A stretch of DNA of 64,000 nucleotides from Lytechinus pictus (taxonomy: Eukaryota). The position numbers were made by a program, and so were the translations under genes. The notes under the pieces were generated by a model. That model searched no databases. It saw nothing but the letters and a program-made list of their open reading frames with translations, and had not been told where the DNA came from. How positions within the stretch are numbered: the stretch's first letter is position 1; every line of letters begins with the position of its first letter. Positions 23,940 to 37,339 of this stretch are shown here, piece by piece. The stretch lies in assembly GCF_037042905.1 (NCBI RefSeq), contig NC_087251.1, forward strand, positions 39,494,001-39,558,000, in the 5' to 3' direction.

Positions 23940-24330
23940 TTGTAGTATGGGCTGGGAAGGGATCATTACGGGGGTGGGGGGGGGGTAGGGTAAACATGTT
24001 CCCCTAGTTGTGCGTAGTCTTGGAAAGGATCATCTAGGGGAGGGGTGGGGTGGGGAAAAATGCTCTCTCTCCTAGTGATGATGGCCTTAGAAAGGATCAT
24101 CAAGGGGGGGGGGGGGTGTTTCCTTCTAGTGGTGTATGTATGGCTTGGGATGGGATTGTAGGATTGGGGGGGGGGGTATTTTGTTCTAGTGGTGTATGTA
24201 TGGCTTGGGATGGGATTGTAGGATGGGGGGGGTGTTTTGTTCTAGTGGTGTGCGTATGGCCTGGGAAGGGATCATGAAGGTGGTGGGGGTGGGGGAGAAA
24301 TGTTTTTCTGAAGGGGTGTATATGGCCTAA
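23940..24330. repeat. G-run minisatellite (about 55-60 bp units)
   Basis: Repeated ctagtggtgtatgtatggcttgggatgggat...gggggggg. Confidence 0.8.
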
Positions 24331-25658
24331 TTAGAAGGGATCTTCTTCCCCTGTAAGTACGGCAACTAGTGCATACTGAACGCGCTTCCTCTTCCCACCC
24401 GCATCTCAATCCCATGTTATTATTAATCATGATTCATACCATTATGTAACACTTTTGTGGGAGGGCAATTTAGAATTCTTGTTTCCAACAATGATGCAAG
24501 CGTGGCTTTTACATAACATATAGGACTATTAAGAAGTTCAATTTTGTGTAGACGAGTAAACTTTGCAGAAGCCTGCCAATGCTGAGGTTGAGAATTGGTC
24601 TCAAATTGGCAAACTTGACATAGAAATGTCATTGACCCTGCAAAAAATATGTCATCTCTTTTAGCATGTGCACATTGGGATTTTTCATATGATTATGCGA
24701 TTGATATAGGCCTGCATGTATACATGTATGTGATCTATATCCACTTTTGTTTTATTTTTTTAGCGCTGTGGGGGGGGGGGGGGAAACATTGTTGATTTGA
24801 AGTATGAAATCTTAGACCAGGATAAATGTAATAATAATGATGATTCAGAGAGGGCAGAATATACTTTTGTGATTTATAAAAACTCTTGATATGGTCTTAT
24901 TATAAAGAATAAAATATTAAACTCCTTCATTTCATTTCATTTATTTAAGCACAGGGCCTACCTCAGCCAGCAGTCTGTTCTTCTGCAGGGCCTTGCAGAT
25001 AAAACTGCATGAGTTGCGACCATGTTGATTGGCTTTGTAATTTCAAAATTCTTTTAATGTAGCTGGTAGCTTGACGAAGAGGTACTTTATATAAAATTAG
25101 TAGAAATTTTAAAATTGTGAGGAAGAAAGAGAGAAAGAAACCTTTTAATACATCAGCAATTGGTCTTATCTGAGGTATATGTAGATAAGAGACAACCTGC
25201 ATCCTGGAGTATAGCCAAATACTTATGAATTGCTTCCTGAAAGATGAGGAAATGACCCAAATATATCAAGTTTTATGTACTCAGATGTATGATATGGGAT
25301 GCTTAGTTAGAGACAGAAAATGTTAATTGAGCCATAACGCTTTTATAATAGGTCACCCTTTGAGTTCTGTAGTCTAGAGATGCTGCAATGAGAGCAAGAA
25401 AGATGTTTCCATTTACTTGTACATAACTTCATTCCAACATTGGTAGTTGTACTGTATTCATGTAATATAATAACAATCCCTTTTAAACCTACATGTTTTA
25501 ATGTAAATACAGACAAAAAGCCATGGGAATCATTTCATGTCAGAAATCATGATTTCCATTGAATACTTTGCTCTCAGCCAATCAGATGCAAGGATTTCAG
25601 TAGCTTGTGACAGTCTTTAAAAACCTAGTACTAGTATTTGTTTCATGTATGCTCCCAG

Positions 25659-25830
25659 GGGGCCGTTTCATAAAGCTGTTCGTAAGTTAAGAGCGACTTT
25701 AAGAATGACCGATGAACCTCACTTATGCGCTAAATAATAACCCATGAACATTATCATTTACCACAAGAAAGGATCGCCAGATGTTCTTAAAGTCCCTCTT
25801 AACTTACGAACAGCTTTATGAAATACCCAC
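25659..25830. mobile_element. MITE (family B), CAG TSD, abutting a family A MITE (about 25525-25655)
   Basis: cag|ggggccgtttcataaagctgttcgtaagttaagag...ctcttaacttacgaacagctttatgaaatacccac|cag. Confidence 0.9.
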
Positions 25831-26009
25831 CAGGAATGACAGCCTTATTATCGGTAGTCATCATAACCATTGAACAAGTGACATAAAGTCTGTATTTAGT
25901 TTTCATAAACTTTTCAGACTTTGAAATTGTTGTAAGGGTAGCCACTGCAGCCCTAATGAACTATTCTCCCAGCAGGCCCTGTATAAAACAATATAGCATT
26001 ATTACCCTT

Positions 26010-26110
26010 CCATTTTTAAAGTCTTTGGTATGACTCGACCGGGGATTGAACCCACGACTTCCCAACCATGAGGTGGGAGCTCTACCACTAGTAAGCCACC
26101 ATGTCAGGTT
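26010..26110 (-). mobile_element. tRNA-derived SINE head fragment
   Basis: Minus strand: ..gtggtagagc..gtcgtgggttcaatccccggtcgagtcataccaaagactttaaaaatgg (A/B boxes). Confidence 0.75.
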
Positions 26111-29100
26111 ATAAAGAGAAAGAGTGTTAAAACTGACATCCATTGTGAAAGATCCAATTTAAATTCATTTAATCAAACGTCAAATTAAATAAAAAGGGTC
26201 CTCATCTTTTCTTTACATTTCCAAATGAGGTCTTCTTATATCAATTGAAAGTGATCATTGTAAACTGAAAATTCATCGGCTCATTGCCAATTTGTAAGAT
26301 AGGAATATTGTGACGTTACAATGACATTCCAATATATATTCATTGAAGATGGAAGGTTTTTGCATCAATGTCTTTTAGTAATTACAAATTGAATGACCCA
26401 TTCTTTGAATTTCATTCAAAAGTTGCAAAGTTCGTGAGATAATAGCAAATTCCTCTACTGCCAAAGTGATATCAAAAGAAAATTGAAGAAAAATAAATAT
26501 ACCCCTGTGATATATTCATTCATCCATTCTGAGTTTTAGTTTCATCAAGAAAGGTTAAGGAATCACTATTTTTTTTTCTTCCCTTATACAAGAAATTATT
26601 AGTATCTTATAATTTCAATGAAAATTCATGTGAAAGATGATTGGAAATGCCATGAAGTGATTTTTTTGCCAATAAACTGCTATAATACAGTCAATATATC
26701 ACCCTAGATATATTTTTGTTTAAAGTAGAAATAAGAAGATGATCACAAAAACCGAGATTTTCAGATTAATAGAAAGATTTCAACCCCCATAATAGTATCT
26801 AGCTCCATCCAGGTAACAAAAAAAGAAAATAACAAATTTTACCAAATCTGAGAGCTGGAAATGCAATTTCACTCATGGAGAAAGGGCCCGTTCATGTGAT
26901 GTCACGCAATGGCATTGTGTTTCTGAGTTTTGTACAAGCACAGTACAAACCCACGTACTCTCCCAACAGCAGAGCTTCTATTTGGCACTTTATTCAGAGA
27001 AAGAATAACGAAGCAATATAATGCAGTGGATATTTCTTTGTATTTCATCACAAAGATTATTAACAATTAGCTGAGCTGAAGGAATAAAAAGGAAAGAAGG
27101 TTTAGATCGAGATAAACAAATGTTTACACAAAAGTACAAATGTTGTAGAGGGAATTGGGAAGAAGGGCTGAACTGATGACTGAATCGCGATCATATTGTT
27201 CTTTTCAGCGTGCGTGACTGGCTACAAATATCATAAGACAGGCTTCATACTCTGATACTGTGAAAATAATCCATATCATAAGCGAATTAACTTTCAACCT
27301 TTTTAAAAACATGTTACAAAGTTTCTCCATAGCCCTTGCATTGTTTCCTGTGCACAGCCGGGGACATCAATATTCTATAATACCCTAATGTGACGTCACA
27401 CAAATAGGACCATTTACGATGCAGAGTTTTCACGCTCATGTAAGACGCTAGTTTTGGGGCATTTCAATTGAGGATATTAAAAAGCCAGAAGATTTGGGTG
27501 AATTGATATGTCGATGAACAGGTTATAAAGGATTTAGGCTTTGCTTAGATACCTAATTTATGGATATTTATTTACTTCTTATGTCAACTTTAAAGCTTAC
27601 ACTTTCAGACCAAATAAAACTCTTCTCACTGGCCATAGAAAAAACCAGTACCATAATAAACCAAAGAATATGTTAGCATACAAACTCTATCACTTGTCAA
27701 TGTCAATCATACATATAGGGGCATGAATAAGTACACTTTTCCAAGGGAAAGAAATCAGAGAAAATCCTTTGGAAATAACATCCTAGGCAGAAAAAAGCAT
27801 AAAGTATTTGAAGGAAATATAGAAAATGTATTTCATTTGTGATATTTAACTCTTTTCTACAATTGCAACTTGAGGATAAATCTATGACTATGTTCGATCA
27901 GGGAAACTTTATTTTATTTTTAATTTCTTCACATTTTGTTATTACTAAATGCTCCTCCCATATATAAAAGTAGAAAAATAAATCTTTACTATATGATACC
28001 TTTGAACTTTTGAAGGTCATTCCTAAAAATGAGAATAATAAATCATTGGAAAATCTGTTACAAATCAAGAAACTAGGCACAAACATAAAGGGCAACGTAC
28101 TAAACCTACGCAAAGTATTTCATGATGAAATCTGCAAAATCACAGGGCAATGACCAAAAGAAAACATGGAGAAAACATTGAAAACTAATGTAATGAAAAA
28201 GATTGCTTCCCTCCTCCTTACATTTGATTTGTACCGTGTGAGGGTTTCATGAAACGAATAGTCATTGATTTTCACTGAGAAATTTGCTCTGAGCCAATCA
28301 GATGCAAGGATTTGGGTAGCTTGTCAATGGAAGTCACTGACTATTTGTTATATGAAATGGTCCCTTTATCTCATCTTCCTAGATCTCCATTTCATTTTCT
28401 ATCCTCTCAGATGTAATCAAGTCGGCGCGAAGTCCCGCCCGGCCTGCTCCTGAACACGGCTTGATTTTTATTTTTTTAATCAAGAGTGATTGAAAGCTTG
28501 AACATTCTAACACCTGTGCCCATTTAATTTAGTCAATATTTGCTCAGGCATTTGACAGGTTTCCCTGTCCATGTCGATTACTTTAATTACTAAATCTTTG
28601 TTTCATAATGAGAAGGGGGCTGAGATGTTCATGGAGTGCAATCATCTAAAATAGACAGACTAATCAGATATCCATGTTTCTTTTGAATGTGTGGTAGTAG
28701 TAAATTACTACTCTTAATACTCTGCATTAAATTCAGAGTATTAGTAATAGTGTGCATCGCTTAGAAACATTATAAAAGTGTTATATGAATGTTGCAGATT
28801 GCAATATAGATTTTCAGTTCATAAAACATGCAATGATTAAATGATTTCAACACAAATTTCTAATTATTCCTGACTTCAAATAACATCCAGTAAAGTATGT
28901 CTACTTATAAGTCAAGAAAATTATGGTTCATCAGTTTGTTATTTTTCACAGTTCCTGTTTTCCAAAAGAAGAAGTTTATAATAAATCTGTAAGCATTGGT
29001 TAAAATGTGAATTGGCCAAGTATTGGTTAAAATCTCAATTAATTTACATGTAATTTTGATTTTACCAGATAGTTGGTCAGGTCATATTTGAACCAACTTA

Positions 29101-29420
29101 TTGGTCTGTTAAAAAAGTTCTGATTGTAGATGCAGTTGTTAATTGTGATTTTCTCTGTTTTTGATACAACTGAAAAATGTAATACTTGTTAGGCTGAAAT
29201 CATGTCAAATTTTTGTCCTATATAGCATCTTATTTCATGGACCTGCCTATATGCTTGAATGGTTACACTTTTCATTACCCTGAAAAGAGCATTATGTTGT
29301 TAGAACCTGTCTGAAAAGCTAATATTTGTGAATAAGTTTACCCATTTGTTTTTACCTTCATATTCTAGGCTGCTCGATTGATTTTAAAAAAAATGAGTAT
29401 TAACAACTTGATTGACATAT

Positions 29421-30376
29421 ATCGTCGGCATTCATCCGAGCCGTCGTATCAGTCAATTTTGGTTTTAAAAAAATGATTTTGGGATTTTTGCAGAAAATGA
29501 AAGTACAAGTCCTATTCTATTCAAAACTGAATTTCTAGGACGCAATTTGTTTTAGTTTCTGAGATATGTGGGGATTTTCACAGTAATGTCATACAAATTA
29601 TTGATAACATGCGCAAATCCCATAGGAAACATGTAATGTAGCAGAGCAACAGAGTGATACAACGTTTTGACTGACAGTGATTTCAACGCGCCCGATCAGC
29701 CAAACCGTCGTATGGCACTGCATTGACTTTGCACGTGAAAAAGCAATACGACGCTTTGACTGATCACGCACATTGAAATCGTGGTCAGTCAAAACGTATC
29801 GCTTTTTCCCTATGGCGTTTTTATATAGGGAAAATCTAAGCCGTTCAAACCAAATTTACAAGCGTGTAGATCTTTTGGGATATTTTCTCCTATCCTTGGT
29901 TTTATGTGAAAATAAGGATACCAATGTGAAGCAATTTTCTTGGTCTTTCCAACCATGTGTTTTTCAAACAAAGAATATGTTGTAAGGCTGAGGAACTAAG
30001 TGTGAAAAAAGTAGTAAACTTTGAAGTCGATTTTCTCTGAAATGGGTATGCACCATCGTAATAATATCTGGATTAATAAAGCGCTTTTTGCTGGAGGATA
30101 CAAAGCGCTGCTATTATTACCCCAGCTTTAGCTCGAGCTACCATCATCAGCGCTCAGTGCATGCAAGGAATTACCCCTGCTGGGTACCCATTCACCTCAC
30201 CTGGGTCGAGTGCAGCACAGTGTGAATAAATTTCTTGCTGAAGGAAAACACGCCATGGCTACGATTCGAATCCACGACCCTCTGTTTTAAAGGTGAGAGT
30301 CAGAACCACTAGACCACGATGCACCCACGTTTCGTATGTGTGATACGACGGTCGGTTCGGATGACTGCTGACGAAA
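29421..30376. mobile_element. Non-autonomous DNA element interrupted by a SINE
   Basis: TIR tcgtcggcattcatccgagccgtcgtatca ... tgatacgacggtcggttcggatgactgctgacga. Confidence 0.75.
30061..30330 (-). mobile_element. tRNA-derived SINE (Deu-domain-like core)
   Basis: Minus strand head gtggtctagtgg..gattcgaatc, core gcactcgacccaggtgaggtgaatgggtacc, tail agcgctt..tatta; tcgta on both flanks. Confidence 0.85.
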
Positions 30377-30479
30377 TGTATGCACATTATGTAGTAAAAA
30401 ATGAAAATTAATGAACTTATATAGTATATTCAGGGCATTCCCTGCTCTGTGAAATATGACAGGACATATGGTTGATTTC

Positions 30480-31080
30480 TTTCAAATTCAAATTTGATTT
30501 TATTTCCGACAGAATATCAAATATAATACATTTTTTTTCTCATAAATTTATAACAAATATGTGCAATACATATCATTTTCATATATACATTTATAATTAT
30601 ATTCAATGTCGTAAATGATCACTAACATAAAGAAACTTACATAATATGGTTTATCTTTGTAGACAATTAATAATACAAAGAAAAAAAATGTATCAGTGGA
30701 AAGCATAATATGAAGCATCACATTTTTGCACAAATAATCTTTGATTTCAATGTTTAAGTTATATATTCAGCTCATTGAAAATGTGTTTATAACATCTTTT
30801 AAAACTTGGGACAATATGAGGATCAGTACCATACAACTTTTGGAAAATGAAAATAGATTTCCTCCATCAAGTCTATGAAAATAATAATGAATGCTGTTAC
30901 AGAAATAAACCTTACACAACTGGTTGGAAGTGAAGATTTAAATTTATAATGGCATCCTTGAGTAAATCTGCAGTTAAATTAAAGTTACTATATTGAGCTG
31001 GAAAATATTTTAGAAGATGTCTCAAATTGAATTAAGAATTCTTCTGAACAATGGGACTGAAATCCATGCAATACCCAAAC
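30480..31080 (-). mobile_element. 3' end of an L1/Tx1-like LINE
   Basis: Decayed frame ...IFIFQKLY..PSFKRCYKHIFNELNI*LKH*NQRLFVQK, then a T-rich UTR and aaataaaatcaaatttgaat tail. Confidence 0.5.
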
Positions 31081-31348
31081 TTCAAAGTGTGATTATATTA
31101 TGTTTGCACTGATAATGATATTTTTTGTTTATCTCTCTCTCTCTCAGCCTCTATATTATATAGGATAGAGTTTTTGGTAGATAAGAGATCTGTAAATCCA
31201 GATAAATCAGATTGAAGTAAAAACAAAAGGGAAGTTGGTACAAGTGGGGAGCATTTGAAAAAAAAGCCATATAAAGGTGCGGTTGAAAATGAGATTGAGA
31301 AGATTTAGCTTTTCAGAGGTTCATTATTCTTGTCATAGCCATTTTCAG

Positions 31349-31484
31349 GGGAGTGTTTCATGAAGCAAATAGTCAGTGATTTTTAATGCTTAAGTTGCTT
31401 TGAGCCAATCAGATGCAATGATTTCAGTAGCTTATAACAGTTGTCAGTGAAGATCATTGACTATTTCTTTCATGAAATGATCCC
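31349..31484. mobile_element. Short MITE (family A), CAG TSD
   Basis: cag|gggagtgtttcatgaa...agccaatcagatgcaa.gatttcagtagctt...tttcatgaaatgatccc|cag. Confidence 0.85.
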
Positions 31485-33559
31485 CAGGTCTTGTGATTTC
31501 ATCCTGCATCATTGTGTATATATTTCATTTTCTGGGCCAGAATATGAAAAAAAAGCATAATTTTCTGACTCTCTTTTTACTTATCATGATTGCAAATATT
31601 TGGAAAATATGATAAGTCCTTCACCTTATAAAATATGCTAAAACCACAACGAGGGTCTCTAATAATTACCTAAACTCCATTGTTCTAAGTTTCGATTGTC
31701 ATAATGGCTCTTTTAAGTTGAATGTTGTTTTACAATTAAAGCTGTGTTTGTAACCTCAATCTATGGCTTTGGCAAGGTTGCCTCTAGTATCACTGAAATA
31801 CTTGGTGCATACCCACAACACATATGCAATAGGATTCATGACCACAGTGTGCCATTCTAACATTTTTGAAAATCTTATTTCTGAAATTTGAATATCATCT
31901 TATTTTTTAAAATAAGCATGTGAACTTTGTTGAGTTGATAGAATTGAAGACTGGCTTTAGACCGTTCTTAAAGTCAACGACGGAACGTCCGGGAAAAGGA
32001 AGAAAGGGTCCCAAAAATCTCAATGACCCCTGTTAGTGGTGTTGGATATCAAAGTCCTATTACATGATGATTATATGTCTTTCCTGGCTTTCCTAAATTC
32101 AAGACCTAAAGGTTTTAAAGTACATTTTTTTCAACTCTAATGATTATATATCTAATTATGATTCATATTTATATTTTCATGTTTTCCTTTTCTCAGTATA
32201 TTGCTTTAAAAAATATAATCATCTTGTTCATCTTTACCAAGACAATAGGAGAGCCACTTGTAAAATAGCTGTGAATTTAGTGGTGAAAAAATTGCCATAT
32301 CTGATCAATAATGTAAGAATGAATCACAGGCAGAAAGAAAAGAGGGAGAGAGTGAGTGAGAGAGAGAGACAGAGAGAGACTGAGAGAAAGCTATCCCCAT
32401 CATGAACATCTTTTATTCATTTATGGCTGTCTTGGTAAGCGTTTTATCTCATCAATATAATGATGCAACCGTTATGCCAATTAAGGGGGCATGCCGGGGA
32501 TGTTTTGATATGCTTGAAATTTAATGGTATATTTTATTAAGAAAGTTTTTAACTACCGATTATGTTACAGTTGAAGAATATTTTTCAATCTGAAATTTTA
32601 CGTCATTAGCAAAAGTATATTTTTCAAGAGATGTTTCAGTAATGGTTTGGATCAGAGTCTTGCTAACTTTTACTTAATACTCAACGGTCGTGATTTTAAC
32701 CTGCACACAATCTTAGAATGTTTTTTTAAAGAATCCCTTAAGTTGGTTGGAGAATTTCAATTAATTTTTTTTGCATTCAATTTGTTTTAAAAAACAAATA
32801 GTTCATATTTGAAACAATTATAGGTAGAGCATGCGGAAAGATCAATGAATATTAATGATATGGACCGATACGTTCATATCTTCATTAGATAAGAAATATA
32901 TATAGAGGTTATTTGTGCTAATATAAAATGAAAGAAAATGGGTCACGGAGGGGGAGGGGTGGGTAGAGATAGACAGAGAGAGGGGGAGAGTGGGAAGAGA
33001 GGCAAACGAGATAGAGGTATGTGTATGTGTGTGACACTTTGAGAGGGGGAGGGGGTATATATATATGTATTGTGTGTACGAGTATTGGTGTGAGTGAGTG
33101 TGTAATAGAGGAAGAGTAGAGGAAGAGAGAGATAGTGTGTGTGTGTGTGTGTTGGTGTGTGTGTGTGAGATTGCATGTTTGAGAGAGGGGGGGGGGCACA
33201 GATCATGTTGGTGGTGTTTGCATGCAAAGAAAAGATGATAAGGGGAAAGATGATTAAGAAAAAGATGAAATAAACTGAGAAGGCAAAGATCAGCTTTGAA
33301 AAAGTATATGAAGCAATGACAGTAATGTAGAGAGAAGAAATCAAACAGGAAAAAGGCAAGACTGGGAGAAATAAAGAAAGAATGACTACTTTCTGACTAA
33401 TGGTAGGAGTGATTTTAGTGTTGGGATTCGACTGTTTCATCATTGTTGGATGCTGCTGTGAGTTATTACAATAATTCAATCCAGTTAATGTACTTTTTTG
33501 TGCCTCTAGAGTAGAGAAACAAGCCTAGGCAGATAAGAAAGGGATTTCTTATATCCCAG

Positions 33560-34082
33560 GGCCCCGTCTTACAAAGAGTTAGGATTGATCTGATCAATCT
33601 CAAGTATATGGAAATCCATCAATGTCATAATTTTTCTTAAGGAAATTTTGCTGTATGTCATATGAAAACAAAGAGAAGCATAATGAATTGTCAAGAAAAC
33701 AGTGAATGTATGAATATACATAATTTCTAGAAAATATTATGAACAAACATGTAATTATAGATGTTGATGTTGCTGGCTTTCCATAGTTGGGATTGATCGG
33801 ATCAATCGCAACTCTTTGTAAGATGGGGCCAGGGCTCCCGTCTTACAAAGAGATGCAATTTGATCCAATCAATCACAACTATGGACGGCCAACAACGTCA
33901 ACATCTAATATGCAAATGTGTTCAAAATATTTTCCAGATATGATGTATATTCATACATTCGTCATTCTCTTGAAGATTCAGCGTGATTCTTAGTTTACTA
34001 AAGTTTTCCTGTATGGTATCGGATTTACTTCTATACAGTTGAGATTGATTTGATCAGTTGTAACTCCTTGTAAGACAGGGCC
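33560..34082. mobile_element. Two abutting, oppositely oriented copies of one MITE (33560-33829; 33833-34082) with CAG at all three junctions
   Basis: TIR ccccgtcttacaaagag / ctctttgtaagatgggg occurs twice; the interiors are reverse complements of each other. Confidence 0.9.
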
Positions 34083-34169
34083 CAGAACTGGAAAAGCTGT
34101 CACCCAATATGGGTTCTGTGGTGAGCGTAGGACAAAAATTATTTTTAGGGACCTTGTTTCTCAGAGACG

Positions 34170-34751
34170 TTTACGCCAAAGATGGCGTTCTCCATGCCGC
34201 AAGCGCCTTCATGTTGTAAATATGCACAGACATTGTAATTTTGCCACATTTATTGGAGGTGTAACTCCAGGCACCGTTCATCAAATTGTCATCGGTCAGG
34301 GTTTTGCTCAAGTGCTCACTTGCGCAGAAGAGAGGTGGGGCGGAGAAAGAAGGCTCTCGGGTGAAACGATTTCTTGCCGCTTGCGTGCAGCCCGGTGACA
34401 TGCTAGCAAATCATGGGATGTCGTTAGCGACGCATGCATTATCCCACGCCGAGGGTCCCCCGTAGGAGGCTAGAATACTCTTATCCCCAAACTCCTCTTT
34501 ATTTATCTTGCCTATCTCTCCGTACCCATCGACACTATACCCTTCTCCCTCATCTTCTGCTTCACAGTGACGAGCTCGCTTGTCTAACTGTAGACAAGAC
34601 CCCTTTCATCATCTTTTGCCTCTTAAGCATTCTGCGTTGTCAAGGGCAAGATTGCTCATTGGAATATATTCATGTGGAACGCTGCTGTGAAGGCACGCTG
34701 ATCTGCAGCAAAGGAATCACTCGTTTGGGTGTATATCCAACAGGAATCTTG
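34170..34751 (+). promoter_or_regulatory. CpG-rich unique segment ending at a donor; candidate alternative promoter/first exon
   Basis: CpG/GC enrichment 34170-34470, GC-box-like ggggcgg, donor ttg|gtgagt at 34752. Confidence 0.4.
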
Positions 34752-35859
34752 GTGAGTCGTGTGCTTTCTTTCTGACATTCCTGTATTTGCAATTTGTATC
34801 CAGTCAAGCTCAATGTGTTCAAGCAACGATGCTTCTTAATTTCTTTGCTCTTCCTTGTCTCAAAATGTATTATCGATTGTTTCATTGTTGCAGAAACCCT
34901 GGGAAATGCAAAGAAACAGTGAGTGAAATAGACAGCTATGTGTAGCAAATATAGGCGTTGGTTTGAAGCAACCTTACCCTTTAGATAGGAAAATGCTAAG
35001 TCTATGCTATGCTTTATGATGCCATGCTTGTGTGATTTATGAGCTGTGGTGAGACTCAAAGGCAAACCTGTGAACAAGATGATAATTCCTTACTTGAAAA
35101 GGCCCAACCACTTTGCCCCCCCCCCTGATTCTGTAATTATTATTTTTAAAGTATCTTAGTTCAAATTTAAGAATATTATATCATCATATGCTGGTCGCTG
35201 AGAAACCCACATATGCACAGATGCAAGTCGTCACTCGATTTGTGAATTGGTAAAAAATTATATGATTAATTTCATATTTCAATTATACTATTTTTGCACA
35301 ATGGCAGGATCAAAAGCAGTCCTTGGGAATTTATGAACAAAATTATGATAATATCCTAACTGGTCTCAAAGCTATTTCAAAAACAAATCTTGTATCTTTT
35401 AATGTATCTGTACAGCTATATAGGAGTTCTGTTACTCAGAACAGAGTAGATTACATTCATAGTATTTGTGATATAAGAACTATATCATTATTATCGTCAT
35501 AAGATATTTTCTATATTTTGCCCCCATGCTAATAAAGTCTTGCTATGTGCAATCAAGAGATAATGGTTTACAAACAGGTGCTAAAAAAAAATGATGATTT
35601 TTTGTTCAAAATTTAAATAGCAAGTTAGTTTGCATGAGTAGTGTTAGACAGGAACATAATTCAGCGGAACAACCAATGTACCGTGACTGAAGCGTTTGGT
35701 TTAGAGTAGTGTATAATTGTTCTGTCACATTTCCACCTTTATTCTGTCCTGAAAATGATATGAATAGCTCCAATTGGGATAATTCCAGGCTACCCCCTAA
35801 TAAGTAAGAAAATCTCAGATGAGCATAGCATTATTCTTACGTAGCTAGTGTAGTGTAGC

Positions 35860-36420
35860 TAGTGTAAAACAGGCAAGTAACCCCAAACTCCGCATTAGGC
35901 TGAAGCAGTGAGAAAGAGTCTTGCCAGTAAGGAATTGCTAGCTCAGCATAAGCCCATAGAAATATGAAAGGTCCATACCCCATTCGCCAGCTCAGCATGA
36001 GTTTGAAGCAGTGTAAAGCGGTCTTTCCACTTTAGTATCTGCCTGCTTAGCATAAGCTTGAAGCAGTGTAAAAGGGCCTCTGTATTAGAGCAGTGTGAGA
36101 GGGTGATGCCTCTTGAGTATCTCCCAGCTCAACATCAGTCTGAAGCAGTGTGAAAGTGTCTTTCCACTTATTATAAGCAGCAGGAGTATCCATGAGCTCA
36201 GCATTTGCCCAAAGCAGTGTGAAAGGGTCTTGCCACTTAAGTACCTCCCAGCTCACCATTAGTCTGAAGCAGTGTGAAAGGGTCTTGCCACATTAATAAG
36301 CAGCCACCAGCTCAGCATTAGCCAGAGCAATGTGATAGGGTCTTGCCACTTAAGCAACCGCCAGCTCGGCATTAGTCCAACACAGTGTGAAAGGGTCTTA
36401 CCACTTAAGCAGCCACTGAC
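35860..36420. repeat. Degenerate minisatellite, about 55-65 bp unit
   Basis: Repeated cagctcagcatta..gaagcagtgtgaaagggtcttgccactta. Confidence 0.85.
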
Positions 36421-37339
36421 CTTGGGAATAGCACACACTGATAAGACAGACATTCTATGGCAGGTGCGTGACAGGCGATGGGCATAATGAGTTTGAATTC
36501 CCAAAGTCCACTCGCACTTGCTCATCTAACCATCTCGCTAAGGGATGAGCTTCTAACATTAAAGCACAGATCTTGTGCTAGTGACATATTGATCTGAAAT
36601 TGCTTAAATGGAACATCAAAACATAACCATGAAAACAAAAGCTTATTAGCTTGTGAAAATATATTTCTGAAAAATGTTGTGTCTACTGCTTGACAAATAT
36701 TTACAAATATTATGCCTAAATGATTCTTGTTGCAAATGCATGTGTTTGTTGGATAGAATTATCTGTGTTGTAAAACATGAAGTATTTTAAGTATCAAATT
36801 GTCTGAATGTCAAGCTTTATCTCTCCATTATTTCTGTCATTTCAATGAATTGCTATTTCAAAAAATCAAATCATATTGTGGAAAGCAATATTTTTGGGTA
36901 CCTTTAACCTGATTAGGAATGTTTTGATGTTAGAATTTGTAAGGTTTATTTCTTCAGCAGTATGTGAATAATTTTCAATCTGTCTTGATTAATTTGCCGC
37001 TTTTAATGATAATTGTTATGGAAACTCTACAGGAATCAACCATTTCAGAGTTGATGATATGAAAATTTGAATGCATTCTGTAGCAACTTTTTTACAATTG
37101 GTTATATCTAAAAAAAAAGATGATTTTATGAAGGGTATTTCTTTGTCATGAAGCAACAACACTGACTCCAACTGCACTTATGATCACCCTTTCCATACGC
37201 ATCCTATATCTTTGTTTTTTTTCCTTTGGTATGTCAGAAGATAATGCAACATGACAGTGGGTTTAGATTGATTACGGGTTAACGATGCGGGTAGATTCAG
37301 ATGAATGCACAATGTGGTGAGGATCAAGGAAAAGGGGCA

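Noticed and set aside
28411-28495. Strong acceptor (ttttctatcctctcag) followed by a frame compatible with the 10960 donor
   Set aside because: No donor follows and the frame runs into a T-tract and a stop; insufficient support for an exon.
34434-34775. 113-aa ORF reaching the 34751 donor
   Set aside because: Composition is not protein-like and its phase (0) differs from the 10960 exon; kept only as a possible non-coding exon.
35860-36420. CRISPR-like repeat/spacer appearance
   Set aside because: Eukaryotic context, degenerate repeats, linkers related to each other, no cas genes.
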